DNA of 64,000 bases from Takakia lepidozioides (GCA_030704615.1 CM060732.1:8618001-8682000); one strand, 5' to 3'. Numbered from the stretch's first letter, positions 1 to 12,230 are shown. A program made the numbers and translations. The notes: generated from the sequence alone by a model not told the origin.

Positions 1-790
1 TGCTGGTACCAGAATTGCTCCACAATGAGCATCCCAGATCTGTAAATTGCCTCAAGAAATTTCCTGTTTCCAGAATCCCCAAAGCCCTGCGCCGGAATGT
101 GCTTCCCAGCCAGCCAGGTTAGAGAAGAGAAGGAGGCTTCCTGGAGGTCCATGTCGGACAGCCTAATAGTTGGGAGGAGTTGAATAGAGTAGTTTCCTAA
201 AGAGCATTGGTTTAGAAAAGAACCAAAGAAGATTGGAGTGGTAGGGGAGATGGTGAGCTGTGGCAGAAGAGCAAGAAAGATATTTTGGACTTTAGGCCAG
301 AATGACATCCATCTCCTTACCCTCAGAGAGAGAAACCAGATCCTCTTGAAAAAGCCAAGAACTAGTGAAAGTGTCAGTTCTTGTGGCCAGTAAGGCAGGG
401 GCACCTTCTGGAAATCCAAAAACCACTAATATGGACAGCAACAGACAGGGGTCCTTCCGGGGAGAAATCATCCGGGATACCCAATCTACGGAAGGATTTC
501 AGCCTAGAACAGAAGGCCCCCAGATTGTCAGGCTCCCCTTCAGCGAGCACAAATTTAACCGCTTCTCCTCTTGATCGAGCTATTGAGGGGACCGGAGAAA
601 TAAACACATCTCTTGGACTGAGGATGAGAGAGGGGGAGAGGGAAGATTTCACCCTTGACTTCTTGGAGGGGGGATGTCGCTTGGCAAAGCCTCCTCCCGA
701 GGGCAAGATGAAAGAAAGGTGTCCTTCGCATGAATTCCAACTTCTTTGCCTTGCTTGGCTGCCACAGGAGAAGCAATCTGGTTAGAACTC
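1..790 (-). pseudogene. Possible degraded LINE ORF2 remnant
   Basis: Minus-strand translation near 1-120 (TWLAGKHIPAQGFGDSGNRKFLEAIYRSGMLIVEQFWYQ) has the W-rich character of the post-RT region of the other LINE pieces here; no diagnostic motif. Confidence 0.25.
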
Positions 791-961
791 CTCGCTTTCC
801 TATTTTAAGGGCAATCAGCTTTGATGTGTCCTTCTTTATGACAAAGATGACACAAAATGCATAGATTCTCCTAAAAAACTGGAACTGTGATGTATGAGTT
901 ATCCAACGTTGGAAGCTTTAGAGATTCCAAAATGCTAGAGGATTCAGGCATCCAGAACGAA

Positions 962-1215
962 GCTACCGCGTGAGCATGAGCGTGTGAGCGTAGGGTGACG
1001 TGGCGCGAGCGCAGGCTCACACCAGCTGATGTGGCGTGAGCGTAGGGACACGCTGACGTGGCATGAGCGTGAGGCTCACGTGGCGAGGGCCTACTGACAT
1101 GTCGTTATTCTGCTGACGTGGCAGTCGATAAAATGACGTGGCATTTGGACAACGTGGCGGATGCCATGTCAGCAGAAACATATAGCACCTATAGCCGAGG
1201 GGCCTATAGCCGTGG
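962..1215. repeat. GC-rich TGACGTGGC/GTGAGCG repeat block, probable terminus of the MULE-like element
   Basis: Several TGACGTGGC and GTGAGCG motifs; starts GCTACCGCGTGAGC, nearly identical to GCTTCCGCGTGAGC at 19117; lies just 3' of the SWIM transposase stop. Confidence 0.5.
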
Positions 1216-1441
1216 CATTCATTCATCCAAAACACCACAAATGAAAATCCAGGAACGACTTGTGAAAGCATTCGCATCCCTTCCATTTATTTTGCAACGA
1301 TTTCACACAAGAAATGGCACACATTGCACAACATAATTGGAGGCTGGACTGGTACAAATATACGAAGGGACATCAAGTTCAAGTTTCAATTCATGTCAAA
1401 TCCAGTAAAGAAAATTGCAGATGACCAAAGTGAAGCGGATG

Positions 1442-2825
1442 CTATGTGCTATCCCAGTGCATAAGTGTATTCACCTCGTTGAAACTCATGGTGGCCTGGT
1501 GAATGAAGATGTCGCGTCTGGGATCACAAACCATTCCGTTCAAGTCTAAGATAAAATACAGATGCTTGCAGGGTATAAATTTTCCTCTCTTTCCCAAACT
1601 TGTTGAAAGCATGTCAACAAAATCAGGACAAGGTGCAGTTGGGGAAATTTGAAACTGTGATGTCGTAGAATCTGTCATGCATAGCAGATGTGGAGGTCAT
1701 CATAGTGTAGATCCGACCATACTCGGGATGTGGAACTTCCGTAGTGCCTATAACACGACCTTGAAGCATTCGAGCGGATTCCATCTTGTCGAAGTGTTCA
1801 GCAGACGGAGGGAAACAACGAACCAGCTTCCCATTTTGTTTTGTTGACCATGCATCAGCTTTGGGTGGTGGCACTCGAGAACTTGCTGAAGTAGAGGCAC
1901 TTGCATGTACAAAGGGTTGTCGCTGAAGGGAGAAGCCTGCCTCCTCCAACATGGCAATCTCCTGAGTTGTGAGATGTGTCCCCACCTTCACATGCCAAAC
2001 ACTTGGTGGAGGAGGCTTCACGACCACCGATGGTCGCACAGTCCCACGCACGCACCTACCACAATCGTCAGGGTAGAACCAGAATTTGTGGTTCTTCGCC
2101 TCTGCTTGCCCGTAAGGTTGGAACAAACCAGTGAAGGTCGGAACTGGAATGCGGACACTGCCTCGGGATATGGAGGACTTGCACTTTTTACGATTGGTGG
2201 CTCTGATTGTCGTGCACTTCACTTGAGACCCAGCACTGGTGCGTTCTATGTGCCAGACTTCGTCGAGGCACATGGACTCCAACACAGGGCGGAAACACGT
2301 TCACCTCTTGCCCCATTGCACTGACAGTGGGAGATGCCTGCGTTTGCCTTTGTGAGAAAGGTTCCTCCGCACTGGATATTCCGGAAACGAACCTCTGATG
2401 CAATGGAACACGCGGAGTGGAGAAGTTGTCCATGTCGGGCCTGTGCGAGTCCGCATCGGACCCAGGAGGGGTGTTCAATTTCCGTTTGCAAGACCCGAAT
2501 CTCTCCTCGCCCTCCAGATGGGGAACTCTGGACACCAGAGGAGTTCCTTCCGCACACATGCTGACAGCCCTGGCAATCTTGTTCGGATCCCCCGATCTTC
2601 TTACCGCTCGCCATCAACTCAGACTTGTCTGGACCTGTGCCACCAACGCCACCCCGCAAGAACTCCCGATATCTCGTTTGTTGTTGTAGAGCTTGAATCA
2701 GATCATCTGCCGTCGCCACATACAAATCCTGGCCACGCTTTCCAAATTGCTGCAACCATGCATTGTGCACTATCTCCGCTAGATTGCAAGAGGGCATGTT
2801 TGCCATCTCCTCTATTGACAAGTGT
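1442..2825 (-). pseudogene. MULE-like transposase C-terminal half with SWIM zinc finger (frameshifted)
   Basis: SCNLAEIVHNAW resembles the Mutator TNNxxESxH catalytic-Glu motif; YDITVSNFPNC..CPDF..PCKHLYFIL is a SWIM CxC..CxH finger; spread over ORFs 2246-2821, 2188-2559, 1623-2285 and 1442-1678. Confidence 0.7.
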
Positions 2826-4140
2826 TGCAGAATGGGAAAACATACACTACAAGAGATGAGCGTTTTTAGGACTACGGATTTGGCGGAGTCATAAAAACGA
2901 CACTAGGTACACGACTACAGAGCGCTGAAATGCGTTGCAGTCATAGTTTTATCACTTTATAGTAATGGATATCACTACATGACTCCGGAAAATTAGGGAG
3001 CATTGGTCAAACATTGCTGACCATGATGACAAGGATGGTTTTATGACTAGTGTGATATGTTTGACTAGACGTGGACGACGTTTCATGGACATGAATGTAT
3101 TCATCCATTGGATGAGTTTATCCATCGATGACATGGCAAGTAAACTTATGAGTCCCTTACTGCAAATTGTTTCATAACTCTATATATATGACTACATCAC
3201 TACACATGTCATTTAAAAGGCATATACATTAATGAATTCATTCAATGGATGGGTTCATCCATCCGCCTATACGGTGTGTCGATTTGATATCTGTTCAATA
3301 AATTGGACCTGGATGGACGTGGCTTAACAAGGATCGCAAGATATATGAGATTAAAATACGTGGTCAATTTTTTTTTTTTAATAAAGGGAAACACCTGGGA
3401 GCGACAGCTCACAAATCAGGCCCCTTGATAGTGAGAGGAGAAAATAACCTCTTTCACAGTAACCTCGCCGTGAAGGCTTTCCGATTGGAAGACCAGGGAA
3501 GGGGGAGAAGAGCGTACCACATGTCAAGTAGTTACGCCATTGTATGATGCCAACCCAAGTTAGCGTATATAAGAGCCTCTTCCCCTTGTGCTTTACTACC
3601 CCCTTTCCGGGGTGGTGGGCCTTTTTTTCTTTTTTTTCTTTGTTGTTGATAAAGAACAGGGGACAGGGCCCTGAAAATCTTTATTACAGAAGGCGGAGAA
3701 AGCATCCGAAGGCAGTACATGAGGAAAAAATAACCTCAAACCAGGGTGCCATAGAGGCTGACCAAGGAAAACACAACTTCTAGAACCCAGAGCAGAGAGA
3801 AGAGAACATGTAGCTGAGATAGTCGAAAAGGAAGGAGCCGAGCACCGAAGAACAGGGCCAGAGAATCTAAAGAACAAGAAGGAACAAAAAAACCAAGCCT
3901 AAACCTGAGTGGAGACTTGGAAAGATCCGAGACACCTAACACCAGTAGGCAGCCGATCCCCACAAAAGAGAGGGGCAAAGGCAAGGAGCCGAAGCTAAGA
4001 AACAAGAGTAGGGTCACTGCCCAGAGAGGGCATCAAAAGACAGATAGGCCTTTGTTTTCCCCTGCCTAATAGATCTACGATGACGCCAATTTACCTCCTT
4101 CTGATCAGCAGAACGAGGGATCATCTTAGTACTCGCAGAG

Positions 4141-4883
4141 CTACCAGCCTGATGGGAGGTTGTTGGCCCATTTGATTCTGGAATCCGAGTATTTGGTGCA
4201 GACTTTGCCACCTTTGCCCCAGGTGTTGTTAAACTCAAGGAGAAGTTGAGTCTTTCTTCTCTGGCCACATTTGCGAAAAGCTTCCCCAAGCACCCGCCAA
4301 GCCTTCATGGCGTCAGACATAAAGTCCGAGTGAACCTTGAACAGGGTGATCCTGGCATTACTCCACTTATTTGCATTTATAAACCACACCACATCTTGCC
4401 TTCCAAATATTCCACAGGGTTTGAGCCCGGAGCGAAGCTCACACAAGACAAGAAGACCACAAATCACCATTCTGGCAATTAAGCAACAAAACTGAGGCAT
4501 CCTACAGCGGGGAGCTATTCCAGTGCGAATAGAAAGAAAGCACATTATCCCAAGTGGCCCTAGAGCAGCAGGCAGTGCTCAAGAGACTCATGGGCATTCA
4601 AGTTACATAAAGAGCAAACAGAAGCAGTATCCAGGGAGGAATAAGAAACAGACAAAATACGATTCACCAACTTCCACAGAAAACCAGAGAGTTTAGAGGC
4701 CCTATCCTTTCTCCAAATATCCTTCCAAACGATTTTCCAGGCACTTGGGCAGCCAATTGGGACTTGGTCCTGCCGATTTGCCGCAAGCATGGATCTCCCT
4801 AACCTCTTTTCCCGTAAATCGGAGAAGGCTTCCCACTTGGCTTGGTGTTGGCAATGCTCCGAATCAGCTGGCTTTTTTTGCAT
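4141..4883 (-). pseudogene. LINE ORF2 C-terminal zf-RVT region
   Basis: WKIVWKDIW..KLSGFLWKLVNRILSV..CSLCNLNAHESLEHCLL, followed by a VVWFINANKWSNARITLF segment. Confidence 0.7.
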
Positions 4884-5359
4884 TGGTTTGGGATGGCCCT
4901 AACGTGCAAGGGTGGCTGTTCCCATCTCACCCTTCGGGTTTTTTTGCACTCTCCTTCTCTGGCCATCCTGCGGGAGGACTCACTGCCCACTATTGCCGAG
5001 TGGGTGGTCATAGCATTAGATGGCCTAGCTGAAGTGGATGTCGTCCCTGGCTTTGGCCCTCTATTTATAGAAAGCCTAACCTCTTTTCTCTTTTGCAAGA
5101 GGTCGACTGCACCCCTATCATGAGCAGTGGTTGCATTCGCTGAATTGGCCTCTAGAATCATGGTGTCTATTGTTTCTGTTTGCCGGGGGTCCCCACTCAT
5201 TGGGAATGGTGGGGAGCGCCAGAGGTGCAAAATCAGCGTTTTGGCAAAGCCCTGCAATTTGATGGACCAGAGAGGGAGGGCTAGAGGGAGCCGGATTGCC
5301 TCCCTAGCATGGAACTGAGGAGCGGTGACCAGAATAGGTGATGAACGTTTTCTCTTGGC

Positions 5360-6383
5360 CTATGGACAGTCTGCTCTAAGGTGCCCTGTTTGTCCACAGT
5401 AATAACAAGGAGATAACAAGCAGCCGAAGAGGTATCTTCGGACAATTTCACCGAGTAAAAATTTCCACGTCATCCTGATGAAGTCAGGGAGAGTAGCATC
5501 AATGGGCATCATGATGACGATCTTGACAAAGCCCGAGTCATTGGCCCTAGATGAACAAGTTGCTCCTTTCCAAGCCGGCAAATCCTTCATAAGATCAGTG
5601 CTCATCCCCGGGTCAAAAGCAGACAAGCAACCAATGTAGGCGCCAAAATGGTTGCCAATGTCTGGCAAGTTGAAAATATATTGATCCGGAATATAAGGAA
5701 GAGCAACAATCCTGGGACTCCATACCTTGCCTTTCTTGTTCCCCATCAATTTAGACCAAGGGAAAATGAAGACATTGAAGCCATACAGATGTGGATTGAA
5801 GGCCCGAGCCTTCTCTACTGCTTCTTTAGTCTCAAAGAGAAGGAGAAGAAGCCTCTGCCCCTTGAGAGGCAAAATTGAGGTTTGAGATCCCCGGATCCTC
5901 GTAATTGTTGTATAGCCTAGTCTCTAGCAAAAGCCCGGTCAACTCTCTTGCCAGAAAAGTACAAAAGAATATCATTTCCTCTATGTCAGAGACCTTATAA
6001 TTGAGCTGGGCAACATCCACCCTAATGAGCGGGTGGTCCCGACTCATTGCGTTCTGCAATTTTTGCAAGTCATGTGGGCCATCCTGACCATCCAAAGGAC
6101 TTATCTGTGCCTCATCGTCACTCATAGGCAAAACCGAATCTTCCCCAACGACTGGGAGCGAATTCGAATGAATGGGAGAGAACATCACGAGAATACCGAG
6201 GAGGGAGGGAAAAGGTAGAGGAATTGGAACCCAGCCTTCCAAAGGAGAATCCCTAAGCATGTGCCTTGTGGGCCAAATAGAAACCGGTACTTGACGAGGG
6301 CTGAGTGTGCTGAATGAAGGAGAGCCTGGAGGGACCCCCGGAAGAGCGATTCCATGCTGCTCCATGGGATGCTTGGAATCCAT
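5360..6383 (-). pseudogene. LINE ORF1 (DUF4283-like region plus CCHC zinc knuckle), frameshifted
   Basis: LLLLFETKEAVEKA..FIFPWS..IGNHFGAYIG and terminal CYYCGQTGHLRADC; homologous to 18603-19116. Confidence 0.7.
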
Positions 6384-6639
6384 TCGGTCCCATGATGGCG
6401 AGATGCAAAGAATTAGCGAAAAGGATCACAGAGAGGGCAACCAGACAAAGCAAATCTTGCGACCAGCTTCGAGTAAAGAAGGAAGACGAGATTACCACCA
6501 AGCTTGCAAGGTGCGAAGCGAGGGAAGGAGAAGGAAGGCGAGATGCATTCGATAAATAGCAAAGCTGAGCGAATGGTTGTTCCCACATGAGATTAAGTCC
6601 AGCGTGCAGAGGGCCATTAAGGCTTTTTGGGCTGAGTCA

Positions 6640-7480
6640 TAGATGATGAAAACGACGATAGTAGTTTGCCAACCCCATGAAAGCACAAACTCTGCTTACA
6701 TCTATGGGGTGTGGAATGCGTGCAATGGCCTCCACCTTCGTCTTTTGAACACCCAATCCTCCAGGGTATATCATGTGGCCCAGATACTCAATCTGGTTGT
6801 GGAAGAACTTGCACTTCCCAGGGTGCAATTTCAACCCATGCGCTCTCAAGCGCTCAAACACCACCTGAAGGTGTCTCTCATGCTTTTCAACCGTGGCAAT
6901 AAAGATGATGATATCATCAATGTAGCACCGGGCGAAGTCTAGCCCCGCAAGAATCATATCCATGACCCTCTGAAACTCTACAGGAGCATTTTTTTAACTC
7001 AAACGGTATGAACGCCATTGGTACAAGCAATCCTTCCCATGTTGGTCAATCCCCCACAATGTCGTCTTTTGTTTGTCAGCCTCTTTGATTGGCAACTGGT
7101 GGTAACCGGATCACAAGTCCAATGTGCTAAACACCTTTGCATGCCCAATGGCATCAAAGATCTCCTCTGGAGTTGGCATGGCATATCTATCGGACTTAGT
7201 CTGACAGTTCACAGGACGGTAGTCCCCACACATCCTCCTTTCTGTCCAATTGCCATAGATATCCTTCTTAGCTGACATCACCGTTGCCGAGGCATACTCC
7301 CCGCCTGACAACTCCACCAATCCAGCTTCGAACAACTCCATAGTCCGTGACTGGATCAAAGTCCTCTCCATGTTACTATACCTGTAGGGCCTTTGAAAAA
7401 TTAGCGTGTCACTTGCCAAATCAATACGAATCTCCTGGCCCTTCAAACTCCCCAAATCCTTCAAACCGAAGGCAAAGCAA
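6640..7480 (-). pseudogene. Gypsy reverse transcriptase
   Basis: QRPYRYS, YASATVMSAKKD, RMCGDYRPVN, FSTLDL*SGYHQL, NAPVEFQRVMD, CYIDDIIIF, LKLHPGKC, EYLGH, FMGLANYYRRF. Confidence 0.9.
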
Positions 7481-8478
7481 GAAATCGCTGGATCCTCCGT
7501 CTCTCTCCTCCAGTGACCGTAGGTCCGACATCTGGTTCCCAATTGTCCTCAGTGACTGCAACCTTGGGTACACCAGGCTTGGAGGTAGGAGACGCATCAT
7601 TAACAACCTCTTGGGCCTTGTCCGCCCACCCTGACTATGGCGTAGCCTCCACTTGCTCCGCCATAGCCACCTTGAGAACATCCTCTGAGCAAGAAACATT
7701 CTCAACCTCTTCAAAAACCTTAGCCACCTTGGTCTCCAACTGATCCTCAGTGTATGGCTCTCCCCACTCCTCATACTGCTGCTTGAGAGATCCAATGACT
7801 CTCTCTTTGCGCATCTCATCCCACAAATGCCATGGGTGCTTGCATCCCACGATCCTGTGCTCGCCCCCACTCATTGCCTCCACCGTCCCGGTGGGCAAAG
7901 AGGGTGCAATATCCAATGGAAGTGCAGAAGTAGCCACCAATGTTTGCAATCTCCGTTGCTCAGCCATGCACAAGCCAATAACCCATGTCAAGCAATTGAG
8001 ATCCATTGCCTAACCCAACACCTGGTGTCGTGATGCCTCTGACAGAGCTGGTATAGTTGTAGTGCCCGTGGCAAACCCCATTGCCCGCTCTCGCTCATCC
8101 GCACTAGGCTCCACCAATTGTTGTAGCGCATTGTCCCAAATCAACCCTAGACCATTGTCTCGAAAAGCATGAGACGAGGGAAAACTCATGAGTGTAGGCA
8201 AGGCCGCACGTGGTTGCCCCACTCGATTGACCACCGCCAAAGGTGGATGATCATCACGTCGCACTCTCTGTGGTTGCCTCCCTTGGTCCAAAATGCCCTC
8301 AACCGTGAGGTTGGATAGCCGTTGAATGGAATCATAGGCTCTCTTGAGCAACTCTGGCGGTGCAAGATTGGTCCACCACAACCTAGGCCTATGTGCTCGT
8401 GAACCCACTGCAACTGCATCCAACAATATAGCTGGTCCAATCCATGACCGGATCTGATGCACACTGGCCATAACCCTG

Positions 8479-9646
8479 CCTAGTTGCAAATTTGGACGTG
8501 ACGTGGTGTTGACGCATCAGCGTCACGTCCGACGTCAGCGACAGACGTACGTCATGTCACGTCCTAAACGGACGTTACTGTACATAAATATGTTTTTTTT
8601 TTAACTTTACTATTGACTATTTACTATGAGAATCGACATGGCAACCGATGTGGCCTCATTACGTGGACTTCATTATTTATCTGTAAAATTCATATACTAT
8701 GATTTATATTGTCATGTCAATCATACGACCGTCAGCAACGGTTGGTCGGACAATTTAAAAATAAATAAAAATAGGTGCGACCACCAGAAGGGGGTGGTCG
8801 CACATTTTTTCTTATTTTTTAAATGGGTGCGACCACTAGCAGGTGGTGGTCGCAGCATTTTCATTTTTTTTAATAGGTGCGACCACAAGCAGAGGATGGT
8901 CGCACATTTTTTCTTTTTGTAAAATTGGGTGCGAGGAAGTCGCATGTTATTTTTTTTTTAAAACTGCTGCGACCACCCTCATGCTGGTGGTCGCAGATAT
9001 TAAAAAACAGAAAATTGCTGTGACCACCCCCCTGCTGGTGGTCGCACCTATTAAAAAAAAGAAAAATGGTGCAACCACCCCCATGCTCGTGGTCACAGAG
9101 ATTATTTTAAGGGAGAAAAAAGAAAAAAGAAAAGAAAAAACTACGACCACCCCCTGCTGGTGGTCGCACCTATTAAAAGAACAGAAAAATGCTGCGACCA
9201 CCCCCATGCTGGTGGTCGCAGATATTAAAAAATAGAAAAATGTTGCGACCATCCCCCTGATGGTGGTCGCACCTATTACAAATAAAATAAAAATTGTGCG
9301 ACCACCAGTAGCGGTGGTCGCAACTGGTTAAGAAAAGAAAAAAATGCAACCACCCCTGCTGGTGGTTGCAACTATTAAAAAATAAGATAAATTCTACGAC
9401 CACCACCATTTGGAGGTCGCACCAATTTAACAATAATGATTTAAAAATGACCTCAAATACTGGCGGATGGAGTAATTTATAAAACAATTCATTCACTTCC
9501 CAAGGTGTTGCTTGGAATACAACGTGTCCACCTACATAGCATATTTTTACCTAACTCATGTTTTACTAAATTTTCGGCAAAACTGACGTGACATTGGTCG
9601 CGTCAGCGTCAGGTCCGACGTGACGTCACTGACATGTGCAACCCTG
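8479..9646. mobile_element. Non-autonomous hAT-like DNA transposon (MITE)
   Basis: Exact 8-bp target duplication TAACCCTG (8471-8478 and 9647-9654); imperfect TIRs CCTAGTTGCAAAT / CAGGGTTGCACAT; GACGT-rich subtermini; no coding capacity. Confidence 0.85.
8776..9425. repeat. Array of about 13 hairpin units TGCGACCACC-N8-GGTGGTCGCA separated by A/T tracts
   Basis: Units at about 8776, 8827, 8877, 8929 (deleted), 8967, 9018, 9069, 9141, 9192, 9243, 9296, 9344 and 9394; mostly about 51-bp spacing. Confidence 0.9.
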
Positions 9647-10399
9647 TAACCCTGGCCCGAGAATCCCCCATGAAAGGAACATTCTCCAGGATGTAAGCTG
9701 GAGGTTGCACTTGCCTCACCTGCAAGTCACGCAACACTCGCAACATCTCCCAAAACAGATGCGATCGTGCATCATGCAAACCATTACCATGACCTGCGGG
9801 AGAATGTCCTTAGCAAGACCATCCGGCTATCACCAAGTCAATGGCACCATGCCGGTCCAAATCATCTGCCCCCAGCAAGGTAATGTTTGCTGGCCAGGCC
9901 TTTTGGTACCCTTGAATTGCTGAGAGAGGCAACAACTCAGGATAATGACGTGTGAGTAAGGCAACATGGCGCATGGAAATACGCCAAGCAATCTCATCCT
10001 TCTCCACAGACAAGCACTTGCGTACTTTAATCCCTGCTTGCAACACTCCTGCAAGCCCAGTGCTCATGCCTCCAAACAGGTATAGCAAACAAATCCCTGA
10101 GTCAGGTGGTTGCCAGGTAATGGGCACTGTGTCCAAAGGAGCTAACTAAAGAGGTCCAGGTGATGTCACTGAACTCCTCTCACTCATCAATGGAAAGGCC
10201 TTCTGCCATGCTTGGTGCACACACTCACCTGCCACTTGCTGCAAATTCCCAACCGTACCCCACAGTGAAACATGTACAGGCACATGAGGAAGCAACTCAG
10301 CTTTGTATGCCAATTGTTTGTCCTCATCAGATGGTGGCCTATCATCTGCATGGCTATTGCCCTCCAAGAGCTCACTACCCCAAGCCACCACCCCTGAGA

Positions 10400-11195
10400 A
10401 TGCAGCCAATGTGGGCATCATGTTCCTATGATCCACCGCTACATTCCCAAAAAACCGCACTGGGAGCAGTGCACGTCGACCATCTCCTGATTGCCACTCC
10501 GGCCGGTAGGATGCTGTTTCCTCCCAAAAGTCCAGAGTAAATCCCATGGGGTACAACACAGCCCCACCAACAAGCACATCATAAGACATCGCGTCCGTAA
10601 CAATGGCTTTAGCTCTCATGACTGAGCCGCCCGTAGGATGATCCGGCTGCAATCAAATGAAGAGCTCATGGCGTATAATTCCTCGTGTCTTCTCTAAACC
10701 ACCCAACAATGTTTGAATTTGGAAAGGGCAAGGCTCTAAATCCATCTCTGTAAGGCCCAAACCTGCAATTGCTGCTCTCCCCAACATCAATGGCTGTGCT
10801 CCCGAGTCCAACAAGACTCGCAGTGGCCTATACCTCTTCCCGGTTGGGCCACCCAACTGAAACACTCTATCCTGATTGTCCACCAGGACTACTCCAGGAG
10901 TCACCATGTTGCGCTCAATGGCTGGCCTAGTTGGCAACTCCTGCAACCTTGGAGCTGCCGCTTGCCATGGCGCAGCTGTGGCTGATTTCAACCTCGAATC
11001 CAAAGCATCCATAGACTGCACTTTATCTGCTATCTCCGCAGATAGTGCCGATGCATCACCACTCTCATATAGTTTAGCTGCTAGTTTGACCACAGCAGCT
11101 CGCCGAATCCCCGACATTGCAATGGTCGTTGCAGAAAACAATGGAGCTTGGCAAACCGCCGTAGCCGCCCCCAACAATATACTGGCTGGAGCGCC
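10400..11195 (-). pseudogene. Retropepsin aspartic protease of the DNMT-Gypsy
   Basis: RVLLDSGAQPLMLG..FQIQTLLGG..SYDVLVGGAVLYPMGFTLD; same frame as the downstream DNMT apart from point stops. Confidence 0.85.
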
Positions 11196-11234
11196 CGCCA
11201 CTTTGGAGGTCGTTGTTTAATTTACGCCGGAAAA

Positions 11235-11279
<45 letters not shown>

Positions 11280-11424
11280 TTGTTTTTTCATTTTTAAAAA
11301 TCAATCGACCGCTGGATAAAGTTTAACCCAAAAAAGAGCGAAAAATTAAAAAAATTGAAAATTAAAAAGTAGTGGTCATTTCTTTTTAATGTTAAGGAAT
11401 TAAACGACCGCCAATCTGGAGGTC
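11196..11424. repeat. AT-rich fragment homologous to 12960-13095 replacing part of gag; includes an (AAT)n microsatellite at about 11235-11279
   Basis: Shares GATAAAG(T/C)TTAACCCAAAA..AAAAGTAGTGGTCATTTCTTTT..CCAATCTGG(A/C)GGTC with the 12960-13230 array. Confidence 0.75.
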
Positions 11425-11830
11425 GGTAGTCGTCCATGGGCGGCCCTTCAAGGTGCTGGAATAGCCCCTTCCACGCCATAAAAGGCGTAAACAGTTGTGG
11501 ATTGTGTATTTGCTGCAAATCACACCAACCATCAAACTCTTGTATGAAGTCATCAAGCTCGATGGTGCCCACAGCTCCAGAGTACCAACGTGGCCCCTTG
11601 GTAGCTCCATACATCTCCTCCATCGTGTCCCACAACAATGGTATGGAAATGGCTTGCACCCTTGGCGAGAATCCTCTTGACTCTGAGTCTACACCTTCCT
11701 CAGAAGACACTGAAGGTGAAGGCGGCCTAAACCGCACACCTCGTCTTATGTACCCACTAGTATCGCTGGTGCTTGCACCCGCACTCCCCTTAGCAACTGG
11801 TGGCACCTCCGTGATGAAAACTCACAACCA
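11425..11830 (-). pseudogene. Gag N-terminal fragment of the DNMT-Gypsy
   Basis: GPRWYSGAVGTIELDDFIQEFDGWCDLQ..FQHLEGPPMDDY resembles the retrotransposon capsid start (P.F.G....F..F....L.G.A..W). Confidence 0.65.
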
Positions 11831-12230
11831 CACCTGTTGTAAACATGTCTCTAATCCCCCTCTCCATAAGGTAACCGGGTAGAGAACCTGTTGCGGCCTA
11901 TGGCTTAGACTAGTACTAGGTTTGTAACATAAACCTGCACCTGCACCTGCATCCACTGTAAGCACTCATATGGTCTGCTAGTCATCAACCCAGCCTCACC
12001 ATAAGAGAAACAATGATGGTCTGACTGGTCATCACCCCAGCCTCACCACCGACAACACGCTCTAGGATTGGCCGGTGATCAAATCTGAACCAACCTCCTA
12101 TGAAAACAAGCGCCCATACAAAACTGACATGGCGCATAGTCAAGCATGCAGGTGTGGGGGGGATCCAAACACAAGAAAATCAAGAGAGTAACTCCCCCAC
12201 ACAAAAAAAAAACACTCTACAGTGTCGCTC

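Larger units (their letters stand above)
3368..6640 (-). mobile_element. L1-like non-LTR element, internally deleted (ORF1 plus ORF2 C-terminus, no EN/RT)
   Basis: Minus-strand poly(A) at 3368-3379; ORF1-like and zf-RVT-like ORFs inside; 5' boundary approximate. Confidence 0.65.
7980..10100 (-). pseudogene. DNMT3-like C5-cytosine DNA methyltransferase domain within the retrotransposon polyprotein (interrupted by 8479-9646)
   Basis: Motif I LYLFGGMSTG, II SVEKD, IV DLVIAGWSC*GHSPAG, V GLHDARSHLF, VI YILENV, VIII RPRLWWTNL, IX ERERAMGFATGTT, X RHQVLG*AMDLNCL, in canonical order. Confidence 0.9.
6640..11830 (-). mobile_element. Ty3/Gypsy retrotransposon carrying a C5-cytosine methyltransferase (gag-PR-DNMT-RT; RH/INT lost)
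   Basis: Collinear minus-strand gag-like, protease (LLDSGAQ), C5-MTase motifs and Gypsy RT (RMCGDYRPVN, STLDL, CYIDDII); truncated after ANYYRRF. Confidence 0.85.

Noticed and set aside
8776-9425. CRISPR-like regularly spaced palindromic repeats
   Set aside because: Spacers are low-complexity A/T tracts that resemble each other, there are no cas genes, and the array lies within a TSD-bounded eukaryotic transposon.
11074-11304. Poly-Tyr ORF
   Set aside because: Produced by the (AAT)n microsatellite.
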